From the human T2T-CHM13v2.0 reference genome, Homo sapiens, in NCBI RefSeq assembly GCF_009914755.1, contig NC_060926.1: DNA of 64,000 bases; one strand, 5' to 3'. A program made the position numbers and the translations under genes. Below the pieces are notes generated by a model. It had not been told where the DNA came from. It saw nothing but the letters and a program-made list of their open reading frames with translations, and did no database searches. Below, piece after piece: positions 55,237-64,000 of this stretch; within the stretch, counting starts at the first letter, position 1, and each line of letters opens with the position of its first letter.

Positions 55237-55543
55237 AAATAATGCACACTTTTTTTTTTTTTGAGGCTCTCTGCTCAGTGCCCTGCTAGTTTTGTCTCCC
55301 CCATAGCGCCAGCAGTGCACGATGTCTTCCTCTAGTCTGGGGCTGGTAAGTACCTGCTCTTTTTTTCACAGATAACACTTTACAAATGTCACATTCTTTA
55401 AACTTCTATCTATCTCATTTTGGCATTAAACAACAAAATGCTTCCCTCCACACACATGCACCAGTTAAGAGGACTCACACGTCTCACATTTTGTACAGAG
55501 AAATGGGGTAAAACAAAATAACAACCAAAATGTACCCAAAGTC

Positions 55544-55840
55544 ACTGGGCGCAGTGACTCACACCTGTAATTCTAGCACTTTAGGAGTCCAAGACAGGCG
55601 GATCACTTGAGGTCAAGAGTAGTCTGAGACCAGCCTGGCCAACATGGCGAAACCTCATCTCTACTAAAAATACAAAAATTAGCTGAGTGTGGTGGCGCAG
55701 GCCTGTGATCCTAGCTACTCGGGAGGCTGAGCCTGGAGAATTGCTTGAACCTGGGAGGTGGAGGTTGCGGTGAGCCGACATCGTGCCACCGCCCTCCCGC
55801 CTGGGCAACAAAGTGAGACTCTGTCCAAAAAAAAAAAAAA
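55544..55840 (+). mobile_element. AluSz/Sx-like SINE
   Basis: Dimeric Alu with A tail; TSD TACCCAAAGTC (55533-55543 and 55843-55853). Confidence 0.95.
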
Positions 55841-55893
55841 CCTACCCAAAGTCTTACAGAATGCTTCCCTTTCTTCAGAGGAGTTTTGGAAGA

Positions 55894-55896
<3 letters not shown>

Positions 55897-55977
<81 letters not shown>

Positions 55978-55985
55978 AGAGAGAC
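55897..55985. repeat. (TA)15(GA)n compound microsatellite
   Basis: Direct inspection. Confidence 0.95.
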
Positions 55986-57108
55986 TCTAAAATAAAAAGA
56001 GGAAAGCGTATGATTCTATGAATTTTCAGAAAATGAAATAAGTAACTCTTTAGAATCAGGGCCAATGAGTGAGGTCCTTACAGACCAGCAATCTGGACCA
56101 AAGGCTAAAATATGTCATAAAAATAAATAAGGTTGTAAGTCAGGTTGTCCAGATCTTCACAGAAAGAGGAAACAGAACATGAGGATTTCCAGAGGCACAA
56201 AGCATAAGGTAATTTTTAAGGATTCAGACAATATTCAGTATGACCGGCATAAGGTTTGTGAAGGAGTCTAACCAGGGGTGAAGCTAGAGATCTAAGTAGG
56301 AGATCACATCATTAAGCATCTTTACAATCATTATAAGGGCATTCTTAATATTCACACAAAGGCAATTGGAACCCACTTAAAATCATGTCACTCCCCTTCC
56401 AATTCTTCTGATCCTCCAATATTGTGATTTGTTCTTCATTTTCTGCTCACTTTACCTCTTTCCACCATCTTACCACCCCTGCCTTTGAATGGCAGATAGG
56501 TTAAATAGATAGCTTACATTTTAAATCTTTTGGTGCATTGTTTTCTGCATAGTGCTTTGCTGTGGTGATATATTTCCCCCTATTATTTCATGATTCAGAT
56601 TTTAGTCATTTCTGATTTTAAAAAGAATGATATCTCACTCCATAACCTATATTTAAAACTAAAAGTAAACATATTTTTACCATTGTATAAAAAACTTCTA
56701 AAAAGAGAAAAAGCATTGCTGTTAAAACAACTTGATTTCACAAGCCAAATTAGAGTTTCACAGGGAAACTGCAAAAGGGCAGAGATAATTTAGCTGAAAT
56801 TGGCATGGCAGTTATGTACCATGTTGGTCATCCTTTTCAAAGGCATAAATCACAATAGGCTACATCAGATTGGGAACAAAATCATTTTGGTGGACTGAGA
56901 ACTCTTTTTCATTTCCACAGCTAGACTTGGAATTTTCCAAACAAGCTGGATAAAAGAAAGCCATTTGTGTTGTGCCCTAGAAAACTAAAGACCTCTGCAG
57001 GTTCCATAAATACATGAGCTAATTATTTGCTATATTCCAAATATTTCCAATTTATTTAATGTATCTCCTAATGGGAAAAAAACAGTAGGAAGTAGCACTG
57101 GCCAGTTA

Positions 57109-57360
57109 GAGGCAGTAAGGCATAGCAGATAGGAACACGGGCTTTGAAGTCAGATTCCTGTCCTTCCATCAGGAAGAACTTTCCGTAATAGGAACTATGC
57201 GTTCCTTACAAATTTCTCTGCATCTAAAGCTCCTCATCTTTCAAATAGTGCTACTAATTGTGGCTAACTCAAAGCCTGGCTAAAAAAGTGGTGAACTTAC
57301 ACCACAAAATAATTTTTAAAAGCTCCTGACCTATAGTGAACATTCCATATAAGGTTAGCT
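57109..57360 (+). mobile_element. MIR
   Basis: GAGGCAGTAAGGCATAGCAGATAGGAACACGGGCTTTGAAGTCAGATTCCTG 5' end. Confidence 0.65.
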
Positions 57361-57620
57361 CTTTGAAGCCTTTTTGACCCTAGGTCATGTGATGGAGACG
57401 TCAAGGCCTCTTAGAATTATGAAATCATGAATGAAGACCACCTAGTTGTATCTTGTGTGTCAGAAAGGGCAAGAGCCACAGCAGAGAAGCATTACCAAAA
57501 TGGTGTTCTGGCTTTGATGGGATTTTCATGAAGTGGTTTAAGTTTTATAATGTGCATATATGTGATATACATTGTTCAAAATTTATGTAAAAATTAGATA
57601 ATAAAATATGTAATGCTAAT

Positions 57621-58077
57621 TATGATGATTAATTTTACATGTTAACCTGACTGGGCCACAGGAGGATGTGCAGATATTTGGTCAAACATTATTCTGGATG
57701 TGCCTGTGAGGCTGTTTTGGGATGAGGTTATCATTAGAATCAGAAGAGAAGCAGATTGTCATCTCTGAAGTGTGTGGGGATTATCCAATCAGTTGAAGGT
57801 CTGAGTAGAATAAAAAAACAGACCCTCCCATGAGTTGGAGGGAACTCCTACCTGACTGCGTGAGCTGGGACATTGGTGTTTTATTGCCTTCAGACTTGAA
57901 CCGAAACATAGGCAGTTTCTGGGTTTCAAGCTTGCTCTCTTGGACAGGAACTTACACATTTTTTTTTTTCTGGGTCTCCAGCTTACAGATCTTAGGACTT
58001 CTCAGCCTCCATAACTGGATGAGCCAATCCTGTAGGGTAATGTTTGTTCTGTTTCTCTGGAAACCTTGACTAATACA
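57621..58077 (+). mobile_element. MLT2 (ERVL) solo LTR, MLT2C/D-like
   Basis: TATGATGATTAATTTTACATGTTAACCTGACTGGGCCAC...CTGTTTCTCTGGAAACCTTGACTAATACA. Confidence 0.85.
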
Positions 58078-58203
58078 TCGATAGAAGGAAGGACAAAGAC
58101 TGCATACTGGGGTTCCAAACAGGGATCTGAAATCAAGACAAGAATAAGGTGTCCTGTGCTTAGTACCTGTGAGGGAGATTCACGTGCCCTTCACATATAA
58201 TTA

Positions 58204-58830
58204 AAGTCAATCCTGATTATTTGTGGATTTCATACTTGCAAGTTTGTCTAATAATACATTTTCTTTATAACCCCAATACTCATGGCACCTTTATAGTTTG
58301 TAAAAACATTCACAGCAGTGAAAAATTTGAGTCACTGGCATGCACGGCTGAAGTAAAAAAGGTGATAATCTGCCTTATTGTTTCAGCTCTCGTACTATAA
58401 ACACATGTCTGTTTGTGGTCTATTTAGTACCACATTTTCTGCTTTGTATTGGTGATTTCGTTGTTCAATATGGCCTCAAAGCAGAGTGCTGAAATGTTGT
58501 TTAGTGTCCCTGTACACAAGAAAGCTGTAAAGTGCCTGAAAGCTGTAACGTGCCTTACGGAAAACAGACACTATATGTGCTAGATGAGCCTCGTTCAGGC
58601 AGATAATGTTGTTGGCTGTCAGTTCAATGTTAAATCAAAAATATATTAAAATTGTGTATTTCTAAACAGAAATAACATAAAACAAAGTTATGTATTGATC
58701 AGATGACAAAAGTGTTGTGATCAGAGATTCACAGGAACCTAACCCTGTATTTTTCCTAAGGACCATTGCTCTGTTTTCAATGACTCAGTGTTTTTGGTGA
58801 CTTTGCAGTTGAAACAATAGTTACAAACAA
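58204..58830 (+). mobile_element. MER82-like TcMar-Tigger DNA transposon
   Basis: AGTCAATCCTGATTATTTGTGGATT 5' terminus; GAAAAATTTGAGTC and TTGTTTCAGCTCTC motifs; 3' end degraded into (CAAA)n. Confidence 0.8.
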
Positions 58831-59631
58831 ACAAACAAACAAACAAAAACGTCTCACAATTGTTGAGCAAATCATGGCTTACAAAATATTTATTTCCTAT
58901 GAAATGCCATTTAATTTATGCCTGTGAGTAAGGTAAGACTTTCATGCCTGTTTTCCAAACTCACGGGTTCATTATGGCTCAAATAAATAACAAGATTTGT
59001 TTAATGATGACTCAGAGTAAATGACAGAGGCAAAATTAGAAAACTCAGAGGCCTGTGATTTTTTTTTTTTTCACGAGACCAGATTTCTCAGAGCCACCAA
59101 ATGCACCATGCTGGGCTGCTCAATGGGGCCAACTTGCTGGCAGGGAGTCGAGGGGAGCCAGAGTGATGGCTAGACATACACACAAGGCCACGGCACTGCA
59201 GTCATCAACAGAGCTCTGCCTAGGGATAGAATTGATGGAGAACAAGGTTGTGGTTGAGACCACAGTTCAGGGGACACGAATAACAGCTACAAAAAGAAAG
59301 AATAGGCATTATTTATTGATGACCCGGAGTATTAAAAGATTCTATCCAAACACTTCACAGTTAATTTCATTCCTAAGCATTTTATTATTTTTGATTTACA
59401 GTAAAATGTTTTTTTTTACATATTAAAGCCATATTATACTCAGTAAACTTATGTATAAAAATGCAAAATATTGTAAATTTATATTGTCCACCAAAACCTT
59501 ATATTTTATTATGTGCCATGGTAGGGTCTAGAAAAGGGAGGAGATGATAAGAGAGAGTCTATAATCTTCTTGGTAGCAGAAGCTACTTTCATCATTGTTT
59601 CCTGCAGTAGTCTGCAAATGAGTAATTTGTT

Positions 59632-62600
59632 TTTTCTTTTTTTAAATTTTATTTTAAGTTCTTGGATATATATGAGGAACGTGCAGGTTTGTTACATAGG
59701 TATACATGTGCCATGGTGGTTTGCTGCAACTATCAATCTGTCTTCTAGGTTTTAAGCCCCACATGCATTAGGTATTTGTCCTAATGCTCTTCCTCTCCTT
59801 ACCCCTCAACCCCCGACAGGCCATGGTGTGTGATGTTCCCTTCCCTGTGTCCATGTGTTGGCATTATTCAGCTCCCACTTATGAGTGAGAACATGTGGTG
59901 TTTGGTTTTCTGTTCCTGTGTTAGTTCGCTGAGAATGATGGTTTCCAGCATCATCCACGTCCCTGCAAAGGACACGAACCCATCCTTTTTATGGCTGCAT
60001 AGTATTCCATGGTATGTATGTGCCACCTTTTCTTTATCCAGTCTATCATTGATGGGCATTTGGATTGATTCCAAGTCTTTGCTGTTGTAAATAGTGCTGC
60101 AATAAATATACATGTGGATGTGTTTTTCTAGTAGAATAATTTATAATTCTTGGGGTATATACTCAGTAATGGGATTTCTGGGTCAAATGGTATTTGTGGT
60201 TCTAGATCCCTGAGGAATTGCCACACTGTCTTCCACAATGGTTGAACTAATTTACACTCCCACCAACAGTGTAAAAGCATTCCTATTTCTCCACAGCCTC
60301 TCCAGCATCTGTTGTTTCCTGATTTTTTAATGATTGGCATTCTAACTGGCATGAGATGGTATCTCCTTGTGGATTTGATTTGCATTTCTCTAATGACCAG
60401 TGATGATGAGCTTTTTTTCATATGTTTGTTGGCCACATAAATGTCTTCTTTTGAGAAGTGTCTGTTCATATCCTTCACACACTTTTTGATGGGGTTGTTT
60501 GCTTTTTTCTTGTAAATTTGTTTAAGTTCCTTGTAGATTCTGGATATTAGGTCTTTGTCAGATGGATAGATTGTAAATTTTTTTCCCATTCTTTAGGTTG
60601 CCTGTTCACATTGACGATAGTTTCTTTTGCTGTGAAGAAACTCTTTAGTTTAATTAGATCCCATTTGTCAATTTTGGGTTTTGTTGCAATTGTTTTTGGT
60701 GTTTTAGTCATGAAGTCTTTGCCCATACCTGTGTCCTGAATGGTACTGCCTGGGTTATCTTCTAGAGTTTTTATGGTTTTAGGTTTTACATTGGAGTGTT
60801 TAATCAATCCTGAGTTAATTTTTGTAAAGGTGTAAGGAAGAGGTCCAGTTTCTATTTTCTGTATATGGCTACCCAGTTTTCCTGGCACTATTTATTAAAC
60901 AGGGAATCCTTTCCCCATTGCTTGTTTTTGTAAGGTTTGTCAAAGATCAGATGGTTGTAGATGTGTGGTGTTATTTCTGAGGCCTCTGTTCTGTTCCATT
61001 GGTCAATATATCTGTTTTTGTACTAGTACCATGCTGTTTTGGTTATTGTAGCCTTGTAGCATAGTTTTAAGTCAGGGAACATGATGCCTCCAGCTTTGTT
61101 TTCATTTGTTTGTGTTTTTGTTGTTGTTTTGCTTAGGAATGTCTTGTCTATATGAGCGCTTTTTTGGTCCCATATGAAATTTAAAGTAGGTTTCTCTAAT
61201 TCTGTGAAGAAAGTCAATGGTAGCTTGATGGGAATAGCACTGAATCTATAAATTACTTTGGGTAGTATGGCCATTTTCATGATATTGATTCTTCCTATCC
61301 ATGAGCATGGATTTTTTTTCCATTTGTTTGTGTCCTCTCTTTTTTCCTTGAACAGTGGTTTGTAGTTCCCCTTGAAGAAGTCCTTTACGCCCCTTGTAAG
61401 TTGTATTCCTAGGTATCTTATTCTCTTTTTAGCAATTAGCAGTGATGAATGGGAGTTCACTCATGATTTTTCTCTCTGCTTGTTTATTATTGGTGTATAG
61501 GAATGCTTGTGATTTTTGCACCTTGGTTTTGTATCCTCAGACTTTGCTGAAGTTGCTTATCAGCATAAAGAGTTTTTGTGCTGAGACAATGGGGTTTTCT
61601 AAATATACAAACATGGCATCTGCAAACAGAGACAATTTGACTTCCTCTCTTCTATTTGAATACCCTTTATTTCTTTTCTCTTGTCTGACTGCCCTGGCTA
61701 GAACTTCCAATACTACATTCAATAAGAGTGGTGAGAAGGGGCATCCTTGTCCTGTGCTGGTTTTCAGAGGGAATACTTCCAGCTTTTGCACATTCAGTGT
61801 GATATTGGCTGTGGGTTTGTCATAACTAGCTGTTATTATTTTGAAATATGTTCCATCCATGCCTAGTTTATTGAGAGCTTTTAGCATGAAGGGATGCTGA
61901 ATTTTATCACAGGCGTTTTTGGCATCTATTGTAATAATCATGTGGTTTTTGTCATTGGTTCTGTTAATGTGATGGATTACGTTTATTGATTTGCATATGT
62001 TGCACCAGCTTTGGAACCCAGGGATGATGACAGCTTGATCGTGGTGGATAAGTTTTTGATCTGCTGCTAGATTTGGTTTGTCAGTATTTTATTGAGGATT
62101 TTTGCATCAATGTTTGTCAGGGATATTGGCCTAAAATTTTCTCTTTTTTCTTGTGTCTCTGCCAGGTTTTGGTATCAGGATGATGCTGACCTCATAAAAT
62201 GAGTTAGGGAGGAGTCCCTCTTTTTCTATTGTTTGGAGTAGTTTTAGAAGGAATGGTACCAGCTCCTCTTTGTACCTCTGGTAGAATTCAGCTGTTAATT
62301 CATCTCGTCCTAGGCTGTTTTTCGTTGGTAGGCTATTAATTACTGCCTCAATTTCAGAACTTGTTATTGGTCTACTCAGGGACTTGACTTCTTCCTGGTT
62401 TAGTCTTGGGAGAATGTATGTGTCCAGGAATTTATCCATTTCTTCTAGATTTTCTAGTTTATTTGAGTAGAGGTGTTTATAGTATTCTCTGATGGTAGTT
62501 TGTATTTCTGTGGGATCAGTGGTGATATCCCCTTTATCATTTTTTTATTGTGTCTATTTGATTCTTCTCTCTTTTCTTTTTTATTCATCTAGCTAGTGGT

Positions 62601-64000
62601 CTATCTATTAATCTTTTCAAAGAACCAGCTCCTGGATTAATTGATTTTTGAAGGGTTTTTGGTGTCTCTATCTCCTGCAGTTCTGCTCTGATCTTAGTTA
62701 TTTCTTGTCTTCTGCCATCTTTTGAATTTGTTTGCTCTTGCCTCTCTAGTTCTTTTAAATGTGAAGTTCAGGTGTCGGTTTCAGATCTTTCCACCTTTCA
62801 GATGTGGGCATTTATTGCTATAAATTTCTCTCTCAACACTGCTTTAGCTGTGTCCCAGAGATCCTGCTACATTAGCTCTTTGTTCTCTTTGGCTTTAAAG
62901 AACTTATTTTTTTCTGCCTTAATTTTGTTATTTAACCAGTAGTCATTCAGGAGCAGGTTGTTCAATTTCCATGTAGTTGTGCGGTTTTGAGTGAGTTTCT
63001 TAATCCTGAGTTCTAATTTGATTGTACTGTGATCTGAAAGACTGTTTGTTATGGTTTCCATTCTTTCGCATTTGCTGAGGAGTGTTTTACTTCCAATTAT
63101 GTGGTCAATTTTAGAATAAGTGCTATGTGGTGCTGAGAAGAATGTATATTCTGTTGATTTGGGGTGGAGAGTTCTGTAGATGTCTAATAGGTCAACTTGG
63201 TCCAGAGCTGGGTTCAAATCCTGAATATCCTTGTTACTTTTTTGTCTCATGGATCTGTCTAATATTGACAATGGGGTGTCAAAGTCTCCCACTATTATTG
63301 TGTGGGACTCTAAGTCTCTTTGTAGGACTCTAAAAACTTCTTTTATGGATCAGGGTGCTCCTGTATTGAGTGCATATATATTTAGGATAGATAGATCTTG
63401 TTGTTGCAATGATTCCTTTACCATTATGTTATCCTCTTCTTTACCTTTTTTGATCTTTGTTGGTTTAAAGTCCGTTTTATCAGAGACTAGGATTGCAACC
63501 CCTCCTTTATTTTTTCGCATTCCATTTGCTTGGTAAATATTTCTCCATCCTTTTATTTTGAGCCTATGTGTGTCTTTGCACATGAGATGGGTCTCCTAAA
63601 TACGGCACACCAGTGGGTCTTGACTCTATCCAATTTGCCAGTCTGTGCCTTCTAATTGGGGCATTTAGCCCATTTACATTTAAGGTTAATATTGTTATGT
63701 GAGAATTTGATCCTGTCATCAAGATGTTAGCTGGTTATTTTGCACATTAGTTGAAGCAGTTTCTTAATAGTGTCATTGGTCTTTATATTTTGGTGTCTTT
63801 TTGCAGTGGCTGGTACTAGTTTTTCCTTTCCATATTTAGTGCTTCCTTCAGGAACTCTTGTAAGGCAGGCCTGCTTGTCTGGAAAGGATTTTTATTTCTT
63901 CTTCACTTATGAAGTTTAGTTTGGCTGGATCTGAAATTTTGGGTTGAAAATTCTTTTCTTTACGAATGTTGAATATTGGCCTCTACTCTTTTCTGGCTTG
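59632..64000 (-). mobile_element. L1PA7/L1PA8-like LINE-1 (3' UTR, full-span ORF2, end of ORF1; continues past the window)
   Basis: Poly-T at ~59632-59655, L1PA7/8-type 3' UTR, and a series of minus-strand ORF2 peptides from the endonuclease ([13 protein letters not shown]) to HMFSLISGS. Confidence 0.95.
59868..63719 (-). pseudogene. L1 ORF2 (endonuclease/reverse transcriptase), frameshifted
   Basis: ATGACAGGA start at 63719. Broken into at least 8 ORF fragments. RT motif reads FADA instead of FADD. Confidence 0.9.

Noticed and set aside
59055-59426. 123-aa ORF in unique sequence
   Set aside because: Non-ATG start, ends in a low-complexity T-rich tract, no recognisable motif
59868-63719. 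Potentially active reverse transcriptase/endonuclease gene
   Set aside because: Multiple frameshifts and stops, and the catalytic FADD motif is mutated to FADA

Overview
This is primate genomic DNA (probably human or another anthropoid). It is AT-rich and CpG-depleted, with no protein-coding gene I can recognise. By hand estimate about half of the 64 kb is LINE-1 from several age layers (L1ME/L1MC/HAL1, L1MB, L1MA, L1PA17, L1PA11-13, L1PA7/8). It also holds about 7 Alu loci (J and S types, none recognisably AluY), MaLR/ERVL/ERV1 LTRs, two Tigger-family DNA transposons, L2/MIR relics and several microsatellites. The long ORFs in the track are broken L1 ORF1/ORF2 pieces or simple-repeat and Alu artefacts. 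I found no evidence of a new gene system. The unusual content is structural: a head-to-head Alu right-arm hairpin with a 24-nt loop; an Alu plus an inverted, deleted L1 enclosed by one 17-bp TSD; two further twin-primed L1 inversions; an L1PA/L1MA chimera; an A-B-A-A-B slippage duplication; a 64-bp perfect palindrome inside a ~1-kb AT-rich repeat; and a 39-nt candidate microexon. Subfamily names come from recalled consensus features and need RepeatMasker/Dfam confirmation. Boundaries of old elements are approximate.
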